This document shows positions 13,322 to 26,932 of a stretch of 64,000 nucleotides of DNA, one piece after another. Origin of the DNA: Thalia democratica (Eukaryota); the NCBI GenBank assembly GCA_965202585.1, contig OZ241831.1, positions 63,922,001 to 63,986,000 of the forward strand, in the 5' to 3' direction. Each line of letters starts with the position of its first letter. Within the stretch, counting starts at the first letter, position 1. The translations under genes were made by a program, and so were the position numbers. A model generated the notes under the pieces. It saw only the letters and a list, made by a program, of their open reading frames with translations, was not told where the DNA came from and searched no databases.

Positions 13322-16300
13322 ATGGAAAAGAAGTTGTTATTATTGTTGTTTCTGATTGGATTTCTAAACATTATTGGGTCGGAAGCGGCTAGAAGTTAGT
13401 ATTTTAATTTAATATAAATAATATAATTGTTATACTTTACAGACTTTTTTTTTTTAATATATTTTTACAAGTATGATTGTAAATGCCTCAAAGTTTCTTA
13501 TGAAAATGGTATAACTTTATAAGCTTAACGTTATATTTTTATTTATTTACCAGTATTTTGCTTATTTTTCGATAAATTTTCGTATGCTTGAAATTTAATT
13601 GTAATAAAATTACTTTTTTGGTGTAACATAAGTACTGACATCTACATAAAGTTTTTATTCAAACCTTAAGCTTGCGAACATTTGCTTACAGTATATTGAA
13701 CAATATTTAAGTATATAAACCAAATTCCTTATGGCCGAGTAGTTAAGGCGGCTGTTTAACAATCCAATGATCTCTGCGCGCGTAGATTCGAATGCTGCCT
13801 TTGTAATAATATTTATTTCAACGTTTTCGCGTAAAACTAAATATTTTTTTCAGAATGTGCAGTGATTAACAAAGCCAGAACGAATCAAGTTTGCACACCA
13901 TTCACATACCAGGTAAACCACTAAATTATATATAAAATAGAAATTATGTAAAAAATTAATTAAATTATTGATCCAATGCAAGTTTTATTCAATTAGTAAA
14001 CAGCTGGCGTTAAACTACTAAACTATATGTAAAATTAGAAAATTATTTAAAAAATAAATTAACACACAATTGGTTTAACGCAAGTTTTAATTAATCAGCA
14101 AACAATCATAAGCAAACAGATAGTGATAAACCACTTAACTGTATGTAAAATTTATTTAACTAAACTGTATTTAAAAAATAAATAAAATAGTTTATTTCTT
14201 TATCAGGGTGTTAACTATACTGACTGCGTATACCATTGGACAAACTACTACTGGTGCTTGCTACCCGGTCAGGACGGTATGACCTATGACGCGTACAGTT
14301 ATTGTGGGGATTGCTTGGACGAAGAACCCGCCAAGGTTTGTTTCACGTTAGGGGAATTTGTTTTAATATAAGTGATAACGGTTTGCCTTCAGTACAAAAA
14401 GAAGTGAAATTGAAAAGAATGTTGAATTAAAGATTAACTACAATTTCAGTTTATAATTGTTGTTAATAGTTGTTTTTTTCAACAGGCCATGGTACCCACT
14501 GAAAAACCAAAAACAACAAAAATCGCAGAAACTACTTCTGAAGAATCCAAAGCACAACCGACAACCGTTGAAATCCCAACAACAACCTTGAAAACAACAA
14601 CACAAGAAACAACCACCACAACTGAAAGAAATCCTCCTGAGTTACCCGTAACAACGACTGCAGAAGCCCCTGAAAAAGATACAAAAACTACAGATGCCCC
14701 TGAAAAAGATACAACGACTACAGAAGAACCTGAAAATGTTCAAACTACAACAGAAACCCCTAAAAATGTTCAAACGACAACAGAAGCCCCTAAAAATGTT
14801 CAAACGACTACAAAAGTCCCTGTTGTAGTTCCTAAAAAAGATTCAACCACCACTGAGGTACCTGAGTTACCAACAACCACTGAAGATTCTGAAAAAATTC
14901 AGTCTTCTACAAAATCGCCAATTGAAATTCCGGTTGATGCCAACAAGGAACAAACTACTGAACAAGCGAAATATACAACTCCCCAAACAACACAAGAAAA
15001 AACAACAACTGAAAAGAGTCCTCCCGAGTCACCCGTGTCAACGACTACACCTGAAAAAGTTACAACAACTACAGAGGCACCAATTGTAGTTCCAGTAGAT
15101 ACCAACGAAGAACGAACAACTACAGAACAAACTACAGTGAAATCTACTTCTATTCAGCCAACAACAGGTTTAATGTTTTATTTGGTACATTATGCTTGCG
15201 GTTAAGAAATATATTTAAGAATTTCAGAGGTTTAAATTTTACTTGTGCAGTTTTAGCTTATAATTTTGTGTTACGTCATTAATTCTTAAAACACCATATT
15301 TTCAAAGTTAAAAGTTGAAACAGTATCAAAACAAATAACTTTGTTTAGGTTAACTTTATTGTAAAACTTTGAACGAATTCACAGAAACAACCACAGAAAA
15401 AGAAGCAGCTGTTCCTGTTGAAGACCCTTCTACGACAACCCAGAAACCTGAAACTTCAACTACAACCCAGAACCAACCTGAAATTACAACTACAACCCAG
15501 AATCAACCGGAAAAATCAACTACAGCTCCCATTGTTACCACGACAAGCGAAAAGCCAGCTACAACGCAGAAAGCTAATAAGAATGTTGAGGCCACAACTG
15601 AAAAAGGTGTGTGGTTTGTTTAGCAATAAAATTGCAAGTCTTTGCGCATTTTTACATTTAAGTTTTTATTTAATACTTTTAATATGTTGTTCGTTATTTT
15701 TAAAACTGAAAGTTATATTAAAATAGGTTTAACTAACTTTATTTTCAAGTGAGTTGTTTCATCTTATTAATTTATTTTTCAAATATATACTTCCTTGTTG
15801 GAATTATGCATTAAATTTTAAACTAAAAACACTGAAAACATGTTTTTGAAGTTACAAAATTCTTAAAAATTCTCAACCTTTTTAAGTTTTTGATTTTCAA
15901 ACTGTATTTTGTTTAGAATTTACCCACAAATTATGATAAAGTCAATAAAATTTCAGAAGATCCAGTTACGACTTCAATAAAAAAACCAACTAAAAAAGTT
16001 AAAAATCAAGGTGAAACACAAGAAAAAGAAAACGTCTCAAGTAAGAATTTGAAAACACATACTACTTAATAAAATAACTTTTAATTTGTTTTTCTTTTGT
16101 AATAAGTAAACAAAAAACTATTATAAGTTAAGCACTTATAGATGTCTTAAAAATTACTGTTTGCAATTAACTTCATTATATATTTATAAACTAAAAATTC
16201 AACTTTAAACTGTTAAAATACTTTTTGTTGTAAAAGTTAAAAAATATACATAGGACAAAATCTAAAACTAACATTTTTTATCAGAAATAGTAATAGGCCT

Positions 16301-19300
16301 TTAAAAATTTTATTATTTCTAAAACTAGTTTTTTTAATTTTCATAGATTCTTCAATAAGCTCAACCCAAACAATAATAATTATCATTCTGGCTGTCAGCA
16401 TCGTGTTTGTTGTCGGAGGCATAATTGCACTAAAAAAGTTCGTTTGTATATTTTTTTGAAATCATAGTATTTAATTTTTCTTTGAGGTATTAAAAAAACT
16501 TTTTTCAATTAGAGAATAGATTCAGACAGTGGTGTGCTTTCAGTAAAATAAAATTGATTCCTTGAAGAAAAAAATTGTCTCAAAACGTCTTATAAGTTCG
16601 TAGTCGAGATAAACTATAGAAACAATAACTACCTACATTATGAATAATATGCTTGTTATTATTTATAAAGTTAACATTTAAACTTGATATATTATAGAAT
16701 TGAACAAAAGTTCTTAATGTTCATTATCCTTAAAAAATATTCTTTTCTGCGCTCAAAAGCCTTAGTTAATTAAATGTAGTTTATTTACTTCACTTTATAC
16801 CATGACTTAAAAAATTAAAACATAATTGTTGTAGATAAAAAATCGATATGATAAAAACTGTAGTTTTAAATGTCTTTTCTAAAGGTTATTTATAATACGT
16901 ATGTGAAACGAACGACATGTGTAAAAATGAATAAAAAATTCTCCAAAACTAAAAACTAGTTTACATTAATTTATATTTTCTCCAAAACTGTACTTTTACG
17001 TTATATCGTGGAAACGCTTAGTGTAAGGTAATAAAAATTGCATTTTTTCTTCAAGCGCGTATTTCAAATACAAAGCTAATTGGTTTTAAACTTGAATATT
17101 TTTTTAATAAATATATGTATATATTTATGCATATATATGTTGAGCTAATATAACAGTTTTTTAATATGGTTTTGATATAAATAGTTTACATGCTTATAGC
17201 TAATGTAAACTTGTTTTACTTTATTCTATGCATATAGTTCAAAAAAAAAATAGTTTTCGCTTTTGCAAAACTATTTACTAAATGTTAAATGTACTTTCTT
17301 GACTTACTTTTGTTGAAAGTTTTGTAAATAAGATAAGGAATTTTTTCAATAGTGTTGAAATTATATGCGTAAACTTTGTTTGAGCCTAAACACTATAATT
17401 AGATTTTAAATTAGTCGTTCTCATATAATTTCCCGTATAATATCTACAACTCCTTTGAAAAATATAAAAAAAAAGTACTTTTTTTTTATATTACTTTAAA
17501 ACAATCCTAAAGTATAAAGTGTGTTAGTTTACATAAAACTAAGGTATTGTAAATAAACTCAAATTTTGTTTTTTATTTAGTTTACAAACATTACTTATTT
17601 TTAAGTTATTTCAAATAGTTTTTTTACACTCAAACTTGGTGCATTAAACAAAAACTATCTGTTTTAAACTTTAATTTTGAAGGTTAAATTTATAAAGTTA
17701 TTATTTTTCAAACAAATAACTTGTTTTCTTTTACAAATTATTCATAAAACTTTAAAAAAAACTTTTTTTTTCTGTAAAAGTTAAACATAGATTTTTTAAA
17801 CAATTTATAAAAATAAACAAAATGGTGATTAAACTTACTCGGGTTACTAAAATTACTTTTTCTTCCGTAATTTTTTTTTTAAGACGGACCAAAATAAAAA
17901 TCTGATTGTAAAACAAGCATTATTAGTTTTGTTCTTATTTTATTTTGCCAACTTTTTGTAAAACTTGGACTAAGAATAAACAAATTTACTCAAATGACCA
18001 TGCTCTGAAAAATGACCAATATAACTATTAAAACTATTTTTCTACGTTACTACAGTTGACAAATAACGCCGGTTTTATAATTAGCTTTTTGTATTTAAAT
18101 TTGTACATTGGCAACCGTTTGTTGGATTGAGAATAAACAAAATAGATGTTAATTGAAATTGGGTGTGTAATTTGTATTGATTAATTGTAATAAAATTTTA
18201 ATTGATCCTAACAACTTCAAGCGTTGACCTTTTTAATTATTAATTATAAACACAAACTGACATGAATCGATGTTTTGTATGGATTAATTTTGCATCTAAA
18301 ATCTTTTTCACACTTTTTTCTAAAAGTACTAAGTTATCTTTGCTGATGAATTTAAATAATACTATAAAGTATAGTCTTCAGACTTAACAACATAAACTAT
18401 TTTTTATTAAAAGATAAAGTTAGTTGAGCAACAGTTTTAATAAAGTTATAAACTCAATTAAAACTTACGTTGAATTATAATTATGATTTATAAATAAGTT
18501 TATAACAACTTTTTGATTTTAAAAATAGTCAGTTCAAGTTTGTTTAGCTGAATAAACATATAAAATGTAGCTTTAATGTTTTTTTTACTAATTTTTGGTC
18601 AATTTACAAATAACAAAGGCTTTAGTATCTCTTAAATAATTGAATATCAGTTTAGTATTGTGAATGGAAACAAACTCAGATATAAAACTTGTATTATTTT
18701 TAATAATGTTGAAAATATTCTATTTTCAAGCTAAAACATGTCTTTTTTTTTAGATTCGTGATATTTCTAATAAATAAGTTGTTCAACTTTATTACAAATT
18801 TCTGAACCATTATTTTAACACAATTAAACAATTAAATATTATCTATTTATTGATCACAACGTAAAATAACACTTTATTTTATAAAATACTTTGACCTTAT
18901 AATTAAACTTAGTTATTACTTCACGCTAGATAGTCAAATTTTTATTACTAATGGTATATATTTAGCACAAAACAACCCAACCTAAATGTAAACTAAAGAT
19001 TGTATTCAAAGCAAAAATGTTATACACTTAAACTTATAAAACTCGAACAAACCAACTTTTATTTTGAACCAAAAGATCTTGGAGTCAAGTAAAAAGCTTA
19101 AGTGTTTTTATTACATCAAGTACATTATAAGTTGTATCTGTATAAATTTATAACAACTACAAATACCTAGAAACTTAAGTAAATAAACTTTTATCGTAAT
19201 TCTAATAAGTAGCAAAATCTTATTGTATTTGTAATTTTAATAATCAGTTTGACTTCAAATAATCAATTTAACAATCTTTTGATTAATTTTTATTTTTTTG

Positions 19301-20891
19301 GCAGATTCAGGAGCAAAAGAGGACCTGGTTTTACTCCAGGGATTGAAATGAAGAAAGGTGAAAACAAGAAATTGATGACCAATCACAAAGAAAATGTTGT
19401 AAGTTCAACGTTCAAATACTCGATTGTTTGGTTAATAACGAAGCTAAAAATTTAAAACTGAAAATATTTTTATAAAAGTATAATCACGAAAGTTGATTGA
19501 ATAGAATACCATACTATTTCTATTTTAAGTATTCTATATTTTTTTAATTCAAAAGTTACATTTAGACTATCGCTTAATTAGTCATGATATTAAAACTTAA
19601 ATTTAAAACTAAATAAACAACATTTAAGCAACAAGTTCATATGAACGTAATAATAAATGTACTACTAAATTGCTTTTTAATGACCGCTTATGTAAAGATT
19701 GTGAATAAAACTTGTTTATTAGATTTAATCTGTAGTCAGTTTGATAACTATTAAAGGAAGTTATTGAAAATTTAACTTGTTTGACTTTTACTTACGTTTT
19801 AGTTAATTCTTTAGTATCAGACTATTTTATCTAAATCGTTGCTAACTTTTACAATAAGTTCAAAACTTTTTGAAATTAGTTTTATTTTAAATTACAAATG
19901 TATTCCAAAAAAAATTATATAAAAATTTAAAAGAGCACATTTGAAACAAATATAAGAAATAAGTTAATAAGTTAGCTTCGTTAAAATTAGTCAGTTTACC
20001 TGGTTAAGAGTTTGAAAATCTTTAAACAATTGCATTTAGTTGCAAATTTGTCGTAAGATAATAGTAACAAAAAATATTTCATTTTGTTGTTTTTACTTGT
20101 AGTTTATATAAGCGGAATTTTTTAGAACAACTACTTATCGTTTGAATTTCATCAAAATTATTTTCGCTCTCTTGCATAACCTAGCGGAAAAAACTGTAAA
20201 ATTGGCAAAATTATATATTTTTATAAATAATCCATACTCAGCGGAACATCATCCTCATCCTAGCTGAAAAAAGTACTGTAGCTATGCTATATTAATTTAT
20301 TAACATGAATTATAAAAAAGTTATACTGCAAAGTTGTCAAAATTTGTATGCAAGTTGTACATATCCATACTCATTGTAAATTCTGCTACTTTAAGTTTAT
20401 TTATAACTACATAGTATCATAGACATGCAGAAATTTTTGTTTTTTTTTTACTGAGTATGTTGTTTCTTGTTATATATCTAAAAGACTAGGCACTAAACTA
20501 AAACATAAGCTCTCAGTTTTAAACGTTTAACTCTACATTTTTTATAAACTTATAAGTCTTAATTAATCGTTTTACTTCATTACAAAGTAGAAGTAATACA
20601 TTGGTTTGAAGATAGCTATTATTTAGCTGTAAGCAAGAAACAAAAGTATATAAATATCTAAAATAGTTAGAATTAAAACTAAACACTCGTTTAAAACCAA
20701 ATTGGAGTGAATATGTCTTTGAAATCTTTAAAATCTCTATTTTGATTTATGTTTTTCTTTTATAATGGCTTTATTTGTGTAATACTATAAAAGAAGATGA
20801 CAAAAAAAGGTTTGAAATAACGTTTTTTAATATTTTAAATATATTTCAGGACCCGGTAAGCGAAAATTATGATCCGTACATGAACCCCTAA
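13322..20891 (+). CDS. Gene 2: type I transmembrane mucin-like protein, paralog of gene 1, one six-Cys FN2-like module, ~491 aa
   Basis: Exons 13322-13394 (signal MEKKLLLLLFLIGFLNIIGSEAAR), 13854-13912, 14207-14335, 14486-15167, 15385-15606, 15957-16040, 16347-16437 (TM IIIIILAVSIVFVVGGIIAL), 19305-19398, 20850-20891 (tail ..KKFRSKRGPGFTPGIEMKKGENKKLMTNHKENVDPVSENYDPYMNP*). Phase-consistent, 1476 nt. Confidence 0.82.
13725..13806 (+). pseudogene. Heavily decayed tRNA-Ser-like pseudogene in intron 1 of gene 2
   Basis: tggccgagtagttaaggcg (A box region) and gcgcgtagattcgaatgctgcc (degenerate B box) at the same intronic position as the tRNA-Ser copy in gene 1; stems no longer pair. Confidence 0.7.
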
Positions 20892-20892
20892 T

Positions 20893-20975
20893 TATGACGA
20901 CACTAAACAATTATGACGTCACACAGTGCTGTGATGTGAGGTAATACTACGTCATGTTGATTTATGACGTCACTA
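20893..20975. promoter_or_regulatory. Cluster of CRE-like TGACGTCA motifs immediately 3' of gene 2 stop
   Basis: Two atgacgtcac palindromes plus tacgtcat within ~80 bp; same relative position as in gene 1. Confidence 0.4.
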
Positions 20976-23900
20976 AGAGATTATTTATGCTGCTCGACAG
21001 ATTTTTGCCTCATTCGTAAGAATTTTATTAATCTGACAATAAACTAAAATAATCAAAACTTCTCATTAAAAACTAATTCTAAATATTTTTTAAACTGGTT
21101 CCGCTTTAATTATTTATTATTGTAAAAGTGTTTTCTAGGCAAATGTTTAATCTTTACAATTTTTTTTGAAAATGCTGTCTAAATTTACTAAGAATTAACA
21201 CTGATTCTATAAACTTTGTAATAAGATTAAGGTGAAAGTGCACAAATTTGTAAAAAAAAACACTAAAAATGATTTATCATTATCGAAATTACTTTATATT
21301 AAGGTTCTGCTTGTTTTCATACTAAAAATATATTTATTGTGAATTATTAAATATTATTTGAACTCACTTATGTAAAAAATCATACCAATTTGGTTGTTAA
21401 GTACTTTTTTTATCGTTTATAATTAAATAATTAGCATTGTGATTACAAATCGCTTCAATAAAAACTTTGCTTACTTTTTGAAAACCTGATAACTTTTTTT
21501 TTTAACTTGTCGAACTTTTTAAACTTCTTGATAAAAACAATGTTCTTTTTTAAATTTTTTTTTAACATTTAGATAAATATGCTGTGTAAGAATAAATTTT
21601 ATAAAAAACTTTGATGATACTTCTGTTTAACAATTAACACCACACATAAATCTTATAAATCATTAAACAATTTTCAGCACTTCACGATTTACAAATTATT
21701 TTTAAAAGTAAAATTGTATTCGTTACTATTTAGTATATTATTGATATTACTATATTATAATAGTCTTTAGTAAGAAGTTTGTCTAATAAAATAAGAAAAG
21801 CTTAAAAATAGCTATACAAGTCGAAACTAACGTATGTTTCTAAGTTATTTCTTTATAGCTTTAGGTTATATTTATAACTTTAAATGCAGTTATGATTAGT
21901 TTTGGATACTTATTAGATAAAATTATTCAATTATCTAATTTTTTTAGTCTCAGATTTTTGCAAATATAACATAATTTTTGTCAACTATGTTAGTCAAAGA
22001 GAAACGTAGCACTGGAAACTGTTTTGAATTGTTAGAAAGAAATTTCATACAAGATTATTTGATAAAAATAAAATAAACAAGTAAAAAAACCACGATCAAG
22101 CAAGTCAAAATTAATGCTTTAGTAAATAATTTTTTATAAAAGTATTATTAACATTGATAAAAAACTCAGAAATGTTCTGTGTTTCTAAAAAGCACACAAC
22201 TAAAATAAAACATAAAACAAGAAGTTTACATGTAGAAACATTTGGTAATTTATTGTTATTATTTTTTAAGTAGAGAAAGAGAAATTTTATAGAAAGTAGG
22301 ACTTTGGTATTTAACATTTTTAAGTTTCAAGTTTGCTTTTAAAGCTTTGATGTTGGTTTAAATTTAATTTATATATCTTATCGTATATATTCTATTTGGA
22401 TAAGAGCTTAAGAGCGAAAAAATTTATTATAAAATGTTTCTTTAAAATACTAAGCTTGCAAATCTAACTTGTGTCAAAATTAATGACAAGTTAGGTTTCA
22501 TTGTAAAATGACCATTTTGTCCATTAGTTTTGTTATTGGCGCCACACAGTTTGAATTTTATACTCTTACAATCTGGAGAAATTTCTCTGCTCTGCCCATG
22601 CCAAGTTCCATTCTCCTTTCCAATATGTGGTAAGTTCTCTTATACTAAATAATCATGTTATTAAGGAAAATGGTTTAAATTAAGATGATTTAAAAAAATT
22701 GTTACAACACTTTTGTTTACATAGAAATAAACAAAGTATAAACTTTAAATATGATTAAATTTAAATACATTTATAATATTTTAGTACTATATTTTATATT
22801 TTTCCTGGAAAATATAATTTGACCAATGTAAATTTTGATGAAAAAAATCAAACTGTTAAAAATATACGAGTTAAAAAAATATATATGAAAATATGAGTAA
22901 GTAACAATCAATGATAGTTGATTATTTAAATTAAAATAGTTGATATGAAAATATGTTATTGGTGTGGAAGTTATGATTTAATAATATAATTGTTCCTAAA
23001 TTTTAGCTTAGAACTAAATAAGCCATTTGGGGTGGAAGTCAATTTTTATTTTGAATTAATATTTCTGTTTAATTAAATACTTAAAAGTTTAACTTGTGTC
23101 CACACCCAAAAACCCATCCGATAAATGAGATCAGTTTCCTCAAATTGTGCTGAAAATCAAAAGTAGTTTTAAAAATAAGTATCCTACTATACAATCTTCT
23201 TTGAGTATAATATCAGTAGGTTAAACAAAAAAAGAAATCTGTGGTTGTAAAAATCTGCAAGTATACTAATTTAAGACAACTACTTTAATTTTTACTCAGG
23301 TAAGTTGGTGTTGTTTTTAGCAATTTAATCTTGTTTTGAATATTTTTATCTCAACCTCCAGATACTTTTTACACATTAAAAAATAGAAATATAGTTTGGT
23401 CAATAAGCTCTGTATGGTGAACAATAATAAGCCAAAAAAAAAACATGTTTTAAATTCATCTACATTTATTTTTATAGTTTTCACCATTGCTAACTGTGTT
23501 TTTAATTAAAATAAGATTAAAAAAAATTAAAATGAAGTTGACAATAGTTAGTTATATTTATTAAAAAATATAATTTATATCTAGTAGTGTAACCATTTTA
23601 AAATAATCTATCCTTTAAAATACATTCTTTTCTAAAATGGAACAAAGTGTTTAAAAAAAAGTCCAACCCCTGTTTTAAATCACTTCCTAAAGTTTTATTA
23701 AAAAAACAAATTTAAACTATTTTCATGTTTTTAGAGAATGAACATGAAAAATTTCCTTTTTATTCAGTTAGTATTTGGGTAATTGATTATTAAGCTGTCT
23801 TTTAAAAGTTAAAGCTTTCATTGACAACTAATTTAAAGTTCATACTTAACTGTTGTTATTTACAGAATGTTATTTTGATTTAGAAATTCTAGATCCCTCT

Positions 23901-25326
23901 ATGACCTTTATTGTGTTTTAGTTAAGTAGTTGTTGTAGTCAAATCTGTTAACCTCATTTGGTATTACCATTTTTTGATAATAATACAAACTGCATTTAAA
24001 AAAAGATTGATCAAAAAGTTTTAATGAATCCATTTAAATAAAAAGCTTTTAATTGATTGAATTTTCATATGAGTGTACTAAAATAGACAATCCCAAGTTT
24101 TTAGATCAACAATGTTACAGGGCAAGTAACAACCCTTAAAACCAAAACCTGTGCCCAGAAAGGTTTTCTTGAGCTCAAAATGTATCTTTGTAAAACAGCA
24201 ACAAAAAAAGTTTAGGGTTAAAGCTTACTATTAGGCTCTTAATTTAATAACTACTCATTACTAGTGCCTACTTTTGCTTATTTTATCAAACTTTTGGTTA
24301 AAAGTTGTTCTTTGTGTTCTTTGTGCAAGTATTATGAAATAACTGCAGCCTACTGCAACTTTTTCTTGGAAAATTGGCCCACGCTTATAAAAGGCTGTCT
24401 TAGAGTCAAGATAGTTATTGGGTGTATTTTGTAGTTGTTGAATTAAAAAAAAAAGATTATTTTCAACCTGAGTCATTGTGGAAAAGGCACAAACTTCAGT
24501 TTAACATAATTTTGTATTCAACCCACAGGCCACAAATTAACATTTATCCAAAATCCAAGATTTTAAACTTTTGTTTCTAATTCTTCAGTGCAACCCTTTC
24601 AAACCAATCTGACCCACAAAATAGTTTTTACTTTATAATTGTAGTCAAAAATGATTTTTCTAAAATCAAATTTATCAATTTCATTCAAAATTTTGCCCAC
24701 CCCTATGTTATTATTTTGTAGTACTAATATTGTAATACTTGAGTATTTTATTAACAAAAAACAAAACATATTTATGTAACTTGATACAACTTTGAAGAGT
24801 TTATCCAATGTAAAGAGTCCATGCTTTTTATGTGCTGTTGTTAAAAAATAAGTAATGTCTAATAATTTATTATTTTAAAAAAGTTCAAATTTGTGTATAA
24901 ATTTAAGAAGTTTTTCAATAATAATCTAAACTTAATAAGACATTAATATTGAAGTACTTTATAGTTTTTTATTTGTATTAGCTATTTGAGGAGAAAAAAT
25001 ATGTGTTTAATTTTATGACCAAGTTTAAATTTAATCTATTTAAAAATATATGTCAAAAATATTTGTTGTGAGTTTCAAAATGTGTGCACATGTAAAATTA
25101 TTGTGCATAAATTTTATGGAGCAGATAAATTTAGTAAGTTTTAGTTTATTTGATTTATATTTTTACTTTGTTTTAAAAAAGTTATATGTTGTTTTAAAAT
25201 CATTTGGTGTTGTTCTGTAACTTTGTTTTTGTTATTTGTATTATAAAGTTTCAACTTGTGTACTTGGATTGTTTAGTGGTTGCATTAGTCATTTGTTATA
25301 AAATGATTTTATTTTTTATTTTTAAT

Positions 25327-26290
25327 TTAAGTTTGTAAGTAAAGTTTTGTAAGTTTGTTTGTAGTTTATCATAAGTTGTCGTTGACTTATTGTTTACTTC
25401 AGCTTAAGTAAACAAGTTAGTGTTTACAGTAAGAAATTAAAACTCTTCTCAAGTAAAGTTTTCAAATACAAATTGAATGAATATAAGCATATTTATTTAA
25501 GTATTAAATAAACATTTTATGATAAACCAAATATGTTAAAAAATTTCAAAGAAAAAAAAAGTCTGATATATCTTCCATAAGATTAAAAGGACAATATCAA
25601 TAAAAAGTGTTTTTAATCTTTATAATTTTATATATATTTAAGCTTTTATACAAAACTGGTTTGACATTATTTATTTGAATGTTGTATGTTACATAAGGTT
25701 GTACATTTTTAGATTATCTTTTTATTTTTATATTTTTTTGTTATATAATAAATTTATATTTAGTTATACTATAAATATTTAAGTTTGTAAGTAATTTATG
25801 ATAAGTTGTTTTTGTCTTATTGTTTACTTAAGCTTAAAGAAACAAGTTAGTGTTTACATTATAAATTGAAAATTTTCTCAAGTTAAGTTTTCAATTATAT
25901 TATGAATCTAAAGCAAATTTCTTTATATATGAATTTAACATTTTATGATAAAAATATTATGATAACATTATTTAAAAGTTATGTTTTAGTAAGATATATA
26001 TTCTATAATTAAATTAAGATTGAAAATAACAATATTATTTTTCTATTTCAATTTAAGTATTATATATAAGTTAATAAATATCTTTCTTGGTTGAGTTTTA
26101 TTAAGAAACAAGTTACAAGAATAATCAAATCTGAAATAAAACAAAACATAATAAACTTTAATACTATTAACATAAATCTACAATCATAGAGCTAAGTAAA
26201 TACTTATACAAAAACTGGTTTAAAATTATTTGTTTGAATATTCTATGTTACATAAGTTTTTATTTTTTTAAGCTTATCATTTTTTATACT
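25327..26290. repeat. Degenerate tandem duplication (~450-560 bp period) in intergenic AT-rich DNA
   Basis: tttaagtttgtaagtaa...aacaagttagtgtttaca...aacattttatgataaa at ~25327-25525 and ~25778-25950; ttatacaaaa(a)ctggttt...tatgttacataag at ~25645 and ~26205. Confidence 0.7.
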
Positions 26291-26932
26291 TTATATTTTT
26301 AAATGAATGATCAAATGCAATTTATTAAAACTGACTTATATAAAACAAAGTTTATAATATATGTATATATAATATACAATTTTTTTCCACAGTAGCATAA
26401 TAATTGTATGATAAATTTTTAAAATAAGTGTTGCTTGTATTTTTAATAGTATTGCTCTATATGTCTTTTATAATAATAATTTATATTTGTTGTTATAGCA
26501 TCTGTAATAATTGACACCAGAGAATTATACTTAAAACAAAATATTAAAAGTTATGTGAAACAAGTATATTTAAAAGTTTTTAAAGCAATGTGAATGTTTT
26601 AATTTAGCTGGTTAAGAAGTAGATAACTTTTATGAAGTTTATTCTTATGTCAAAGTATACACATTTTATACAAAGTTTAGTTAAGTCATTAAGTTAGATA
26701 TTAAAAAAAAACATTAGAATATAATTTATGTGTGCTTAAAAAATAATTAAAGCTTATTTGGGTGAATACAGTTCAATTGAAAAAAAAAAACTAAATTAGT
26801 GTCACAAAGTCTTGTTAATGTTGAAGTTATTAAAGCAAGTTGTGCCATGTAGATATGTTAAATTTTAATGTAATAGTTTACACAAGCATTTTAGTTGCCT
26901 TTATAAACTAGTAAAATTGTGTGCAGTCGTAA

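Noticed and set aside
15917-15956. Upstream acceptor tttag at 15916 for gene 2 exon 6
   Set aside because: Out of phase with the exon 5 donor (gives TGA); acceptor 15956 keeps the frame.
16237-16422. Minus-strand 61-aa ORF
   Set aside because: Antisense of the gene 2 TM exon.
22111-24808. ORFs 22111, 24261 and 24599 as stand-alone genes
   Set aside because: Short, AT-biased and without recognisable motifs; at most parts could be exons of the tentative minus-strand gene.
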